This document shows positions 39,667 through 49,605 of a stretch of 64,000 nucleotides of DNA, in pieces (position 1 is the stretch's first letter; every line of letters begins with the position of its first letter). Location: the sequence record PZ445436.1. One strand, 5' to 3'. Below the pieces are notes generated by a model, which made no database searches, had not been told where the DNA came from, and saw only the letters and a program-made list of their open reading frames with translations. The position numbers and the translations under genes were made by a program. This stretch comes from a phage.

Positions 39667-41349
39667 TTAAACCATTACAGTAAATCGACCAACTTTCTTC
39701 ATTTGAAGATGCTGACCATATGCTTGTGGGTCATGGTCTCTATGCGAGATAACAAAAACATTAGTATTTTTTAAACTATCTAAAATAGTTGAAATAGCTT
39801 TTACACCTTCAACATCGGTCGCTGAATCAAAAACTTCATCAAGAATTAACGTGTTTATTTTAACACCTGAAACTTTTTCAGCAATATCACGCCAAGTAAA
39901 TAAAAGAGCAATATCAATTCGTGCTTTTTCACCTTGACTGAATGAAGCATAACTAAAATCTTCACGACCACGGGATTTAATTGTCTCATTAAATTCTTCA
40001 TCTAATGTAAACACATAATCCGCTTCCATTATTTTAAGATAATGGTTAATCTGTTTATTAAATAATGGAATGTACTTTTTAATAATAGCACCTTTAATAC
40101 CAGAATCTTTGAGCATATCAGTCAAAATTCCTCGGTGGTATTTTTCCATTACTAAATTAGTTTTTGTCTTAACAATTTTATCAAGTTCTTCTTGAAGCAG
40201 TGCTATTTCATCAGCATGGTCAATAAACTCAGAAGATGCTTTTTCTATAGCTGCTTTAACTTTTTTAGCTTTATCTACTGTCGTGATTAGAGATTGCTTT
40301 TTATTGCGAATATCATTTGCCAACGACTGCTGGGTTTTAATATTATCTCGGTATTCATCAACAAGAACTTTTAAATTATCACGATGTGTTGAAAGCTGTT
40401 CAAACGAATGCGTACATTCAGAAACTTTATCTTTAATTTTAGAAACAACTTTATCACCGGAACTTAATTGTGACAAGCAGGTTGGACATAATCCACCTTC
40501 GTGATACATATTAATGACTTTATTATACGAGTCAATTTTTGATTTAATTAAAACTGCTTCTTGACCGATTTTATTAAATGCATCAGTCGGGTCTTCATCC
40601 AAAACAATATTAACTAATCTTTCATTAGCTTCTTCTATTTCCGATTTTAACGTTCTAGCTTCTTTTGCCAAATCATCATACATATTCTGTAGACGAGTGA
40701 GGTTATCACCAGTTAATTTTTTCTGGCGTTCAACGTTATCATTATATATTTTAATTTGTTGGATAATACTATCTTTTTTAACATCAAGCACTTGGTTTTG
40801 TGAATTTAATTCACGTATTAGTGCTTTATTAAGCTTATCCATTTCAGCTAATGTTCCTACCTCGAGCAGGTCTTCCACAAGCTTTCTTCGCGCAGGGGTC
40901 GACAAACCCATGAAAGGGGTATACCCTGCTGTACCAAGGACAACAATCTGCTTGAAACTGGCATATGACATTCCGATAAGCTGTTCAAATTCTGCTTGGA
41001 AATCTTTACTGCTGGCAGATTCATTAAGACGTGTACCGTTAACGGTGATTTCGAAAACGTTTGGTTTTTGTCCTCTTTTGATATAGTACTTTTTCTCATC
41101 ATATTCCATCCACAGTTCAACTAAAAGTTCTTTCTTATTTGTGCTGTTTATTAATTGACCTTTCTTTACATCACGAAATGGCTTGCCAAAAAGCCCAAAT
41201 GTGATGGCTTCTAACATAGTAGACTTACCACCGCCATTTCGTCCAGTAATAAGAGTTTTTTGAACCTTATCTAATTGAATGTCAATAGGATTTCCACCTA
41301 CTGACATTATATTTTGATACCTAACTCGGTTTAGTTTAAAATTCTTCAC
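39667..41349 (-). CDS. 46: Recombination nuclease subunit gp46 (Rad50/SbcC-like ATPase)
   Basis: 560 aa as in T4 gp46; Walker A GRNGGGKST, coiled-coil, zinc hook CPTC. Confidence 0.88.
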   Translation of the reverse strand: MKNFKLNRVRYQNIMSVGGNPIDIQLDKVQKTLITGRNGGGKSTMLEAITFGLFGKPFRDVKKGQLINSTNKKELLVELWMEYDEKKYYIKRGQKPNVFEITVNGTRLNESASSKDFQAEFEQLIGMSYASFKQIVVLGTAGYTPFMGLSTPARRKLVEDLLEVGTLAEMDKLNKALIRELNSQNQVLDVKKDSIIQQIKIYNDNVERQKKLTGDNLTRLQNMYDDLAKEARTLKSEIEEANERLVNIVLDEDPTDAFNKIGQEAVLIKSKIDSYNKVINMYHEGGLCPTCLSQLSSGDKVVSKIKDKVSECTHSFEQLSTHRDNLKVLVDEYRDNIKTQQSLANDIRNKKQSLITTVDKAKKVKAAIEKASSEFIDHADEIALLQEELDKIVKTKTNLVMEKYHRGILTDMLKDSGIKGAIIKKYIPLFNKQINHYLKIMEADYVFTLDEEFNETIKSRGREDFSYASFSQGEKARIDIALLFTWRDIAEKVSGVKINTLILDEVFDSATDVEGVKAISTILDSLKNTNVFVISHRDHDPQAYGQHLQMKKVGRFTVMV

Positions 41350-41609
41350 AAAAGATTCCTTTTAATGTATCTTTTAGACCATTCTATCATATCATCATAA
41401 TCTAAAAAGTATTCATCAAATTCAGCCATGCAAACAACACCTTGTGCTGCTTTTGATGTGATATAAATTATTCCAACATATCTAGAATCTTCTTCGGTAT
41501 AATCAATATTTGCTATGAATTCATCCTTAATGTCAAATGTCGAAAACTTCACAGTATGCATCCTTAATACAAGATACAGCCATATCTTGTAATGATTTAG
41601 GTGTGTCAT
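41346..41609 (-). CDS. Hypothetical protein (87 aa)
   Basis: ORF track; overlaps next ORF in another frame. Confidence 0.45.
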   Translation of the reverse strand: MTHLNHYKIWLYLVLRMHTVKFSTFDIKDEFIANIDYTEEDSRYVGIIYITSKAAQGVVCMAEFDEYFLDYDDMIEWSKRYIKRNLL

Positions 41610-41796
41610 TATCTAAAATGTTGAAGTTAAAAGATACAGCCCAGTCAGTGCAGACTGTAACCTTTTTAATACAATTATCTTCAACCTCTAACGGTTCAAA
41701 CCAATATTCAATAATTTCTTTATGCCCAATATCATCTTTTACTTCGCATTCAAAATGCTGACTCATCATAACATTTTTAAATTCATCAAAAGTCAT
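41533..41796 (-). CDS. Hypothetical protein (87 aa)
   Basis: ORF track. Confidence 0.45.
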   Translation of the reverse strand: MTFDEFKNVMMSQHFECEVKDDIGHKEIIEYWFEPLEVEDNCIKKVTVCTDWAVSFNFNILDNDTPKSLQDMAVSCIKDAYCEVFDI

Positions 41797-42812
41797 TGTG
41801 TTGCCTCTACATATAGCTGATTCGCATATTGAATAAGTGCTTCACGGTCAGAATCAGTGATGTCTGGAATTGCATTAATGTATTCTTCCATCAACGTCTG
41901 AAGAGATTGAACTTCAACTTCTTCACTGTCATCTGACTCGACAGAGTTATCAATCTTTGACACAACTCGTAATGAATGCACAACTTTTTCTAGTTCAGAT
42001 TCGAACTTCGTTAGATTTTTGTCTACTTCAGTTACTATAACACGTACTGATAGATTTGTAAAATCTTTATAGTCAATTTTTCCTTTAAATGGATAATGAA
42101 TTCTACGATGCCAGGTAGTATTGTTTGGAATAAATTCCATTCGTTCTGTTTCTGTATCAAACATCCAGAACCCGCGAGGGTCATTCTCGTCACCTGCAGT
42201 TAGTGTCCATGGTGTCCCAATATATCTGACGTTTGCAGCCTCAGAAATAGTATGGAAGTGACCAGACCACACTTCTTTATAAGTCTTAAGGAAATCAGGT
42301 TCAAGACCGTGAGATTTCATTCCTTTATAAAAATAAAATCCATTCAGTTCCCAGTGACCAACGCAAAAAGAAGCAGATGAAGTTTTGATGTGTTCAAGAA
42401 TTTCACCAGTATTTTCTTCACACATCCAAGGAATTAAATCAATTAAACATCCGTCAAAATCTACTGTAGTAGGCTTATCATATACTTTAACATTGGGATA
42501 TTTAGCCAAAAGCTCAGTAGAAGCATTTGGATGCATTACATTTTTGTAGTGGAGATCGTGATTTCCTACAATAGTATGTAATGTGATTCCAGCGTCATCA
42601 AGCATTTGAACTATTTCACGGGCAAACTCCATAGTTTTATGTGTGATTGCTTTTCGCACATCAAAAATATCACCATATTGAATCCATACAGTAATTCCAT
42701 TTTTCTTAGAATATTCTATCGCTTGCTTAATTCCATCAATTTGAATACCGCGAATCCACTCATCATCAGCTTTAACGCCTAAATGCCAATCACCCAAGTT
42801 TAGTATTTTCAT
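41793..42812 (-). CDS. 47: Recombination nuclease subunit gp47 (Mre11/SbcD-like)
   Basis: 339 aa as in T4 gp47; calcineurin-like phosphoesterase motifs (GDWH, GNHD). Confidence 0.88.
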   Translation of the reverse strand: MKILNLGDWHLGVKADDEWIRGIQIDGIKQAIEYSKKNGITVWIQYGDIFDVRKAITHKTMEFAREIVQMLDDAGITLHTIVGNHDLHYKNVMHPNASTELLAKYPNVKVYDKPTTVDFDGCLIDLIPWMCEENTGEILEHIKTSSASFCVGHWELNGFYFYKGMKSHGLEPDFLKTYKEVWSGHFHTISEAANVRYIGTPWTLTAGDENDPRGFWMFDTETERMEFIPNNTTWHRRIHYPFKGKIDYKDFTNLSVRVIVTEVDKNLTKFESELEKVVHSLRVVSKIDNSVESDDSEEVEVQSLQTLMEEYINAIPDITDSDREALIQYANQLYVEATQ

Positions 42813-43440
42813 GGTGTCTTTTCCATCCTAATTTAGCTGCTTTTGAAACCAGTTCTTTAATTTTTCCTTTTGTCCATTCAGGACCAGGAGGTTCATGACA
42901 TAACATTTGCCTAACTCCGTTATTATACCATTTTTTACCTTTATTATGTGATGAAGCTTTAAATTTATTTGACCTTCCTTTTACATAACCTTCTGGAATA
43001 TAAGGCAAAAAGGCAGATTTTCCTGTTAATGGATCATGCGAATGTATATTTCCTTTACAATTATGAGAACCATATAATGGATGATTTTGTCCTTTATTAT
43101 CTCTTCCAAATGAACCTTTTGGAGCAGCATATGACATATTAAAGAATAATGGATTTTTAACTGCATCATGCAATCGTTGATAATATAACTCGCATTTAAT
43201 AGCTTCTTCACGCGTATCAAATTCAGCTAAAATGCATGAATCAAATAAGTGAGGATTATCTGAAAGCTCTTTATTATAAATTTTCTTATACTTTTTAGAT
43301 AAAACTGAACCATGATATCCAGCTAAATGCCTATCTAAAGACGTAGATCCAATATAAAAAGGAGGAAGTTTATCTCCACTATATATTGTTAAATAAGTTA
43401 TATATTTTTTCATATACCAAGAACCGTCATTGAAATGCAA
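42790..43440 (-). mobile_element. Putative GIY-YIG-type (Seg-like) homing endonuclease ORF
   Basis: N-terminal IYSG...(10 aa)...YIGST spacing typical of GIY-YIG; basic K/G/N-rich C-terminal half; weak translation signals; start uncertain (TTG 43440 or ATG 43413). Confidence 0.45.
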
Positions 43441-43548
43441 AATAAAATTATTGAAATAAATCCATCTGGAGTGCTAAAGAACCCAATCCAACATGCTTTA
43501 GTGAATAGATAAAATGCAAGAAAAAGTATCACATATTCAAGAAATATC

Positions 43549-43592
43549 ATTATATCAAACTCCGTATAAAGCTAAAGGGCCGAAGCCCTTTA
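43549..43592 (-). promoter_or_regulatory. Hairpin at the alpha-gt stop plus candidate middle promoter
   Basis: AAAGGGCCGAAGCCCTTT (43575-43592) then minus AGCTTTA, 12 bp, TATAAT (43549-43554). Confidence 0.4.
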
Positions 43593-44792
43593 TTTTGTAA
43601 TAATGTCAAACTGTTCTTTAAAGCAGAAGCTTGAATCTTGATGCTGATACAAAAATTCATAAGCTTTTTCGCGTTCGCGGTCATAAAGAGTTCGGTCAGA
43701 TGACAGTTCTTTAATACGTTCAAATGTTGATTCCATGTCATTTTCATCAAACCAAATGATACCGCTATCATGCGAGGTCAAAGGAGTATTATCAACACGG
43801 AATTTTAAATTTTCGCCAGTAGATTTCCAAAATACCGGAATTGTTCCACATGCACCAAGCTCGAGATGAGTATATTCTAAAGAACGTTGTAGATATTTTT
43901 TATCCAACTTACTCAACTGATAACCAAAACCGGATTTACTCATACGTTCAAGCATTTCGCTATTTACATAACGGTCAAGAATTTGCGTTGGCAAATTAGG
44001 AGCAATTTTAATTTGGTCTACTTGATGAAGACGATAATACTCGTATGGAATTCCTTTTTCTTTAATAGGAATGAACGCTGGAGAACGTTCCAGACCTTCC
44101 ATAATAGTACTTAGTCCTGCAGGTTTAAGATGTTTTTCGTGAAAATCAAACATCTGATAAAAACCTTTCCATGTAGTCGTACGACCAATCCAACGATTGA
44201 TATTCATGTTAATTTCAGAAACATCTTTCCAGTAGGTTGACCGAACCTTCGCAATATCCATAGGAGGCTGAAAGTTATATACTGTCGGTGCTTCTTCAAT
44301 ATCATCAAACAGAGAAACTGTTTCAGGATACCATTCTTTCATCAGAACTTTATTAAAATCACCATTATCAGAATGGCTAAAAATAACATCAGCTCGACGA
44401 ACAGTTTCTTCTAATCCCAAATTTCGGCGCAAAGAAAGAGAAGAATGGTCATGTTGATAAACTACAACACGAACAGAAGGTTTAATGTTATCAATAATTT
44501 TTTTATAGTTATTAATAGTGTCTTCTTCAACCGAAGTAGCAGGAACTGAATTGATAATTAGAATATCACAATCATTTACCAGCTTAAGTGTTTTATCATA
44601 TTCTTTTGCCAATAAAACCGGAATTGAAAATGATTTATAATCATGCGCGCAATTACGAGTAAATGATTTATCTTTAGCATAAACCAAAGTTACTTCATGA
44701 CCATTCTTAATAAACCAATCACGTTGCTCAAGAGAAAATTTAGTTACACCACAACCTTCAAGACCTCGAGCCATAAAAATACATACTTTCAT
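43590..44792 (-). CDS. agt: DNA alpha-glucosyltransferase
   Basis: 400 aa as in T4 alpha-gt; between 55 and 47. Confidence 0.8.
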   Translation of the reverse strand: MKVCIFMARGLEGCGVTKFSLEQRDWFIKNGHEVTLVYAKDKSFTRNCAHDYKSFSIPVLLAKEYDKTLKLVNDCDILIINSVPATSVEEDTINNYKKIIDNIKPSVRVVVYQHDHSSLSLRRNLGLEETVRRADVIFSHSDNGDFNKVLMKEWYPETVSLFDDIEEAPTVYNFQPPMDIAKVRSTYWKDVSEINMNINRWIGRTTTWKGFYQMFDFHEKHLKPAGLSTIMEGLERSPAFIPIKEKGIPYEYYRLHQVDQIKIAPNLPTQILDRYVNSEMLERMSKSGFGYQLSKLDKKYLQRSLEYTHLELGACGTIPVFWKSTGENLKFRVDNTPLTSHDSGIIWFDENDMESTFERIKELSSDRTLYDREREKAYEFLYQHQDSSFCFKEQFDIITK

Positions 44793-44813
44793 TTAATATC
44801 CTCTTTGTTTTGG

Positions 44814-44842
44814 TTTATTTTACCAAAAATTTATAAAGCAAT
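44814..44842 (-). promoter_or_regulatory. Candidate middle promoter for alpha-gt
   Basis: Minus TGCTTTA (plus 44834-44840), 11-12 bp, TAAAAT. Confidence 0.35.
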
Positions 44843-44858
44843 ATAGGAGCCGAAGCTC

Positions 44859-44975
44859 CTATCCACATAATACGCCATACAGAGGCTCGTTAGAACTTTT
44901 AAATTTTATGCGCTTATATTTTATAGTTCCTTCTGCTTTAGCTTTATCATGAGACGCTTTAAAGAGTCTCATCAT
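44859..44975 (-). CDS. Possible small basic protein (38 aa); absent from the ORF track
   Basis: Tandem ATG ATG with SD AAAGAGGAAA; 3' end runs into a GGAGCCGAAGCTCC hairpin. Confidence 0.3.
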   Translation of the reverse strand: MMRLFKASHDKAKAEGTIKYKRIKFKSSNEPLYGVLCG

Positions 44976-45035
44976 TTCCTCTTTAGAGGAACGAATTTTA
45001 TTATAATCTATTTCAGAAGTCTGGGTGTTCATCTT

Positions 45036-45242
45036 TCATAACTGCCACCATTTTTTGACTTGATAAGAATCAACCCACACTTTCATATTAGGGTCTGCTC
45101 TTACAATAGGAGGATTAACTTCTTTAATTGAACTATCATGGTATTCTTTTTCAGAAATTTTCACACAAAGATGACCATTCAAAGATTCAGTAAATCCTGC
45201 ATTAATTTTAAGACGCTTGAATTTTACGTGTGTAAGCATCAA
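45036..45242 (-). CDS. Hypothetical protein (68 aa)
   Basis: ORF track. Confidence 0.4.
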   Translation of the reverse strand: MMLTHVKFKRLKINAGFTESLNGHLCVKISEKEYHDSSIKEVNPPIVRADPNMKVWVDSYQVKKWWQL

Positions 45243-45525
45243 TCATATCCTCAATTTGCGATCTAGTAGTCTTCCAAAGAATACTGATGAGTTCATCGTT
45301 ATATGGCTGTTTTAGAATATCCCGACTTTTCTTGATAGCATATTCGTATTGAGCAAAATTATTGTTTTCAGCTGCAATCTGAGCGTGCTTATAAAGACGA
45401 TTCAGTTCGCGTTTGTTTTTAGACAATAACTTATTTGCTTTTCTTTCTGCTTCAAGACGGTTCTTTTCTTCAATAGAAGAAATAAGCTTTTCCACTTCAT
45501 CATTAATTTCGGGTTTATCAGTCAT
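45208..45525 (-). CDS. Hypothetical protein (105 aa)
   Basis: ORF track. Confidence 0.45.
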   Translation of the reverse strand: MTDKPEINDEVEKLISSIEEKNRLEAERKANKLLSKNKRELNRLYKHAQIAAENNNFAQYEYAIKKSRDILKQPYNDELISILWKTTRSQIEDMIDAYTRKIQAS

Positions 45526-45526
45526 A

Positions 45527-45745
45527 TTATTTCTCTAATATAAAATAAAAATCATCATCTGTTAAATGATACCTGTAATTTAATTCTACACCATTAGATT
45601 TAAAAGCGGTATCATACGGATTTTCTGGATCAATATCAATGTCAAGAGCTAAAACTTCCCTGAGATACATTTTAAGTAAATAGGGAATAGCTTCAACTTC
45701 AGGTATTTCTTCCAAGAATCCGGAGAGGTTAATCGTTAGCCTCAT
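45527..45745 (-). CDS. Hypothetical protein (72 aa)
   Basis: ORF track. Confidence 0.45.
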
Positions 45746-46286
45746 ATAAAAAATCCAAACTAGGAGAATCGTCTACAACACTTTTCTTTTCAGCCCCCGG
45801 TGTTCTATAGGTTGATTCTTCGTAATGCGTCATTTTATCGTAGATGTCTTGAATAAAAGTTTCATCTACTAACGCAACCATATCGTCGTCACGACTGTCA
45901 TAGACATTGTGAACGAAGTAACTATATTTCTTTGCAACTTCCTTACGTTCTTTTTTAATACGCTGGACGAATGCATTAAAACAAGCTTGAGTTATATACG
46001 CATGTGGGTTTTTATATTTCGTTTCATCAAAATTATGAAGCCCCTTAATAGAAGCTTCTATACCATCTGCAATCATTTCTTGTTTCCAAGACTGGGTGTA
46101 TCCTGAAAAGTTGAAACGTTTAGATAAGCCTTCTGCAATAAGCATAATGGCTAATCCAATAGTATCATTTTGACGAACTACTTTATTTGGGTCTTTATTA
46201 TTTGCTAATTCTGTTTTCCAATCAATAATAGCTTGTAAAAGCTCTTTATTGTTTACGTAATTATATTTAGGCTTAGTTTCTGACAT
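45729..46286 (-). CDS. 55: Late-transcription sigma factor gp55 (start refined to MSETKPKY...)
   Basis: 185 aa; matches recalled T4 gp55. Confidence 0.85.
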
Positions 46287-46364
46287 TTTCACCTCTTAGC
46301 TCAATTTATAGATCTATTATATCATAATATTTGAAGATCTATCTTAAAGCATAGAGGATATCAG

Positions 46365-46634
46365 TTATCTAAGTAAACAGTATGCTTGGAATACTTTTTC
46401 CATCATCTTTTTAAATTCATGAATATCTATATAATGACTAGTTAAATCAGCATGATATAAAAAGTCTAAAAACTTTTCATGTGTACTAACATATTCACTT
46501 TCATTTAATTCAGAAACATGACTTTCCCAATATCCAACACCAGTTTTATTTGGGAAAAATGAAATTTTCATGTATTGGTCAACATAGAAAATGCCATAAT
46601 TTTCAATAGTAATAGAAATATTAATAAATTTCAT
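46365..46634 (-). CDS. Hypothetical protein (89 aa)
   Basis: ORF track. Confidence 0.45.
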   Translation of the reverse strand: MKFINISITIENYGIFYVDQYMKISFFPNKTGVGYWESHVSELNESEYVSTHEKFLDFLYHADLTSHYIDIHEFKKMMEKVFQAYCLLR

Positions 46635-46846
46635 ACATTCATCAACTTAGCCGCTTCAAGAGCTGCATCTAGTGAATCAAATTGGTCAACATATTCAATC
46701 AATTCGCCATAATTGGCATATAACCACCATTGGCTAAATTCATACTCAAGGATGAATCCATTTCCTTCAATTTGAGTTAAACCATTGCCGTTTGTATTTA
46801 CTTCATATCCGGCAAGACGCAAATCGTTAATAAGAGCTTCGTTCAT
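46631..46846 (-). CDS. Hypothetical protein (71 aa)
   Basis: ORF track. Confidence 0.45.
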   Translation of the reverse strand: MNEALINDLRLAGYEVNTNGNGLTQIEGNGFILEYEFSQWWLYANYGELIEYVDQFDSLDAALEAAKLMNV

Positions 46847-46848
46847 AA

Positions 46849-47175
46849 TTATACCTTAGTAATTTTCAGGTCTGCAAATTTTTTCTTGCGTTGATTTTTC
46901 ATGCGACGAATAGTTTTATCGGAAATTTCATGCTTTTGATAAGCTTTAGATTCTACACCAAAAGCTTTAACATCAAATTCTGACAAGATATATTGAACCA
47001 ACAATTCACGGACAGTATTGCGTCCAATCTTCTGATCATTCTGTTTCATCGTCTGATGAAGCTCTTTTTCCCATTTATCCAAAATTTGAGGAGTTACAAT
47101 ATCGCCTTTTTCTAGCAAAGAAACTACTTTATCATATGCGTAAGAATTAATGACGTTTTTAATTTGAATAGTCAT
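46849..47175 (-). CDS. Hypothetical protein (108 aa)
   Basis: ORF track. Confidence 0.45.
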   Translation of the reverse strand: MTIQIKNVINSYAYDKVVSLLEKGDIVTPQILDKWEKELHQTMKQNDQKIGRNTVRELLVQYILSEFDVKAFGVESKAYQKHEISDKTIRRMKNQRKKKFADLKITKV

Positions 47176-47204
47176 ACATTATCCTCAATTACGTTAAAAT
47201 TTTA

Positions 47205-47230
47205 TTATCCAAAAAGGGCCGAAGCCCTTA
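47205..47230 (-). terminator. UUCG-type hairpin terminator
   Basis: AAGGGCCGAAGCCCTT followed on minus strand by a U-run. Confidence 0.5.
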
Positions 47231-47428
47231 GCTAAACTTTTTGGCACCCTTCCAGCCTTCATACATCATTGCGGCTGATATTAATATTGCTCCTGAGCAA
47301 CTTGAATATTTGTGATTCCAAAACCAGTTTAGAAAAACTTCATCATCAATACCTTGGGCTATCATATTTTCAAAGAACTGACGACGAGATTCGGCAATTC
47401 GTTGTGATAATTTAGATTCAGGATTCAT
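47228..47428 (-). CDS. Hypothetical protein (66 aa)
   Basis: ORF track. Confidence 0.4.
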   Translation of the reverse strand: MNPESKLSQRIAESRRQFFENMIAQGIDDEVFLNWFWNHKYSSCSGAILISAAMMYEGWKGAKKFS

Positions 47429-47644
47429 TTAAATTTTCCAGTTACCGTTTTCATCAATAAATTTAATCCAGTCATTTACTGACCACTTAGTTGTATCACC
47501 TTTTGGAGTAACATTTAAAGTGTATAACCCCTGCTTAAAAAGCATTCGTTTGATATTCATAATTTCCTCAGCTGTAACGATAACACTCGTTTGATTTACG
47601 TTTAGCAACTCGTTGAGAAGTATTATAATCAAAATCATCGTCAA
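47429..47644 (-). CDS. Hypothetical protein (71 aa)
   Basis: ORF track. Confidence 0.4.
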   Translation of the reverse strand: MTMILIIILLNELLNVNQTSVIVTAEEIMNIKRMLFKQGLYTLNVTPKGDTTKWSVNDWIKFIDENGNWKI

Positions 47645-47861
47645 TGTAAACTGATTTTTTCAACTTTCTTACTTCACCACGTAATTGGCGATTTAGCTCA
47701 TCTTTAACTTCTGAATCAATACCTTTCATTCTACGCCATTTATCTGAGCGAAAAATGTTTTCAACCATATCTTTATGACTTACCCCATCAGGAGCTTTAC
47801 GCTTTCCGAAATAGTCATAATCACGCACTTTTAAGTCTTTACGACGATACGTTTTACCCAT
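47568..47861 (-). CDS. Hypothetical basic protein (97 aa; start at MGKTYRR...)
   Basis: ORF track with internal ATG; overlaps previous ORF in another frame. Confidence 0.4.
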   Translation of the reverse strand: MGKTYRRKDLKVRDYDYFGKRKAPDGVSHKDMVENIFRSDKWRRMKGIDSEVKDELNRQLRGEVRKLKKSVYIDDDFDYNTSQRVAKRKSNECYRYS

Positions 47862-48036
47862 GGAGTTTAATTTCCTTAGCAACTGAACTAAATGCAGCAC
47901 GATCGCAAATCATGCGTTTATGTAACTTGAGTATAATATAGCAAACTTCAAAACTATTTACATGAGTAACACGAACAGCATTACCATTAATGAGATAATA
48001 CTGTCCCTTTTTAATTTCTTTATCAACCATAATCAT
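47854..48036 (-). CDS. Hypothetical protein (60 aa)
   Basis: ORF track; early promoter upstream. Confidence 0.4.
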   Translation of the reverse strand: MIMVDKEIKKGQYYLINGNAVRVTHVNSFEVCYIILKLHKRMICDRAAFSSVAKEIKLHG

Positions 48037-48064
48037 ATCAATTCCTCAAAGGTAATTCATATGT

Positions 48065-48098
48065 TAATAATACCATGGTTTGAACTTGTTGTAAACAA
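48065..48098 (-). promoter_or_regulatory. Early promoter
   Basis: GTTTAC (48091-48096), 18 bp, TATTAT (48067-48072). Confidence 0.5.
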
Positions 48099-48167
48099 CT
48101 TTATGAAAAATATTTTAGGGAATGATAAGAAAGGAACGATAGCTTAGAATGGTAATATACAGAATGT

Positions 48168-48195
48168 GAGAAAGAAAGGCCCAGAGGGCCCGTCT
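48168..48195 (-). terminator. Terminator-like hairpin
   Basis: GGCCC-AGAG-GGCC stem followed on minus strand by UUUCUUU. Confidence 0.45.
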
Positions 48196-48518
48196 TAATC
48201 TTCTATGATATCTCTATCATATCCAAGTGAAATGAGAGTTTCTTTGAAGTGTTTAATGTTCTTTTGTCTGGAATCATTAATGAAAATGACTGGATAACGA
48301 ATGTTAAGAGATGTGAATCCAGCGCGTTTAGCAAGAGATACAATCAGTTGACGATCATACTCAATCTTACCATTATTAGTAAGAACTTTATAAAAAGTAA
48401 AAGGAGCATTAAGCTCCTTTAGAAGTTTTGTAACTGATTGACATCCAGGACAACGACCTACTTCATCTGGAATTCCATAGACTTCAATCTTATTCTTTAA
48501 GTTCGAGTTTTGTTCCAC
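48195..48518 (-). CDS. Thioredoxin-fold redoxin (glutaredoxin/NrdH-like, CPGC motif); start uncertain (possible GTG at 48516-48518)
   Basis: KIEVYG...CPGCQ motif; position next to nrdG as T4 nrdH; no in-frame ATG downstream of the preceding ORF. Confidence 0.45.
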   Translation of the reverse strand: MEQNSNLKNKIEVYGIPDEVGRCPGCQSVTKLLKELNAPFTFYKVLTNNGKIEYDRQLIVSLAKRAGFTSLNIRYPVIFINDSRQKNIKHFKETLISLGYDRDIIED

Positions 48519-48801
48519 GAGAAATAATTCCTTGGTAAGCCCAATAAGGAGGATTAACAGAATCCTCACCAGAGTTTTCTTCAGGAAAATAAACCTGGAT
48601 AACGAAGCCGGATTCATCAAAGGTAAAATAAACCGTAGGCAGTTCACCTAACAAATCGGCACGAGCGTTGATTTCTTCGAGGTCTTGTTCACGTCCAGCC
48701 CAGAAGCTTGGGTTCAGACTACATTCATAGAAATAATAGTCATTACCGAACATATCAAAACCATTCCAACTCTCTACTACATACCGCTCAAAACTAATCA
48801 T
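48490..48801 (-). CDS. Hypothetical protein (103 aa)
   Basis: ORF track. Confidence 0.45.
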   Translation of the reverse strand: MISFERYVVESWNGFDMFGNDYYFYECSLNPSFWAGREQDLEEINARADLLGELPTVYFTFDESGFVIQVYFPEENSGEDSVNPPYWAYQGIISRGTKLELKE

Positions 48802-48803
48802 AA

Positions 48804-49019
48804 TTATTCCTTTTTATCAAGAACCGCATTCAGCTTGTTAGTAATTTTATCCAGACGCTCATTGAACTCACTAGAAGATAAGCCCTTTTCTGGAGAAATT
48901 AAACTAATCACGAAAAATATAGCAATAAAAGGAATAAGGAAAATAGCTCCAACTGCCATAAACAAAAAGAATGTTACAGTTGTAAGAAAATCAGCTAAAC
49001 CTTTACGAAATTTATACAT
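48804..49019 (-). CDS. Small membrane protein (71 aa)
   Basis: ORF track; two hydrophobic segments. Confidence 0.45.
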   Translation of the reverse strand: MYKFRKGLADFLTTVTFFLFMAVGAIFLIPFIAIFFVISLISPEKGLSSSEFNERLDKITNKLNAVLDKKE

Positions 49020-49134
49020 ATTTTACCCTTAATTGATTAACCAAGCATTGATAAGCACTAAACTATACTGCGAATAAAATTCTGGACCAAAATGAAAAAT
49101 CATATCATTTATAGTATCCATAATGTAATTCAAT

Positions 49135-49605
49135 TTAATCATGTTTCCACACCCCATCGGTATTTGACCAAAGCCGCTGATTATCTGATCCTCTCCACAG
49201 CTTTTTGGTCGGAAGATTTTTCTCATACTTCCCATCAATAATAACATCAACATATTTAAGCATTTCTAGTTGTTTAATATCTTCAAACTTATATCCTGTC
49301 CACAACCAAATGCTTTTATTGGGATAAAGATTTTTTACTGTTTGAACAATGCAATGAATACCATCTCGATTATCAGGATAGAGAGGGTCTCCTCCAGTTA
49401 TAGTTAATCCTTCTATATAATCATTATTCAAACATTCAATTAATTGTTCTAGTGTTTCACCAGTGAATGGAATACCATTTCTAGCATTCCATGTTGATTT
49501 ATTATAACACCCTTCGCATTTATGCAAACAACCTGTAACGAAAAGAACGGTCCTGCATCCAGGGCCATTCACAAAGCAGCACGGGTATATTCTGTCATAA
49601 TTCAT
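49135..49605 (-). CDS. nrdG: Anaerobic ribonucleotide reductase activating protein NrdG (radical SAM)
   Basis: 156 aa as in T4 NrdG; Cys cluster CCFVNGPGC...CLHKCEGC. Confidence 0.85.
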   Translation of the reverse strand: MNYDRIYPCCFVNGPGCRTVLFVTGCLHKCEGCYNKSTWNARNGIPFTGETLEQLIECLNNDYIEGLTITGGDPLYPDNRDGIHCIVQTVKNLYPNKSIWLWTGYKFEDIKQLEMLKYVDVIIDGKYEKNLPTKKLWRGSDNQRLWSNTDGVWKHD

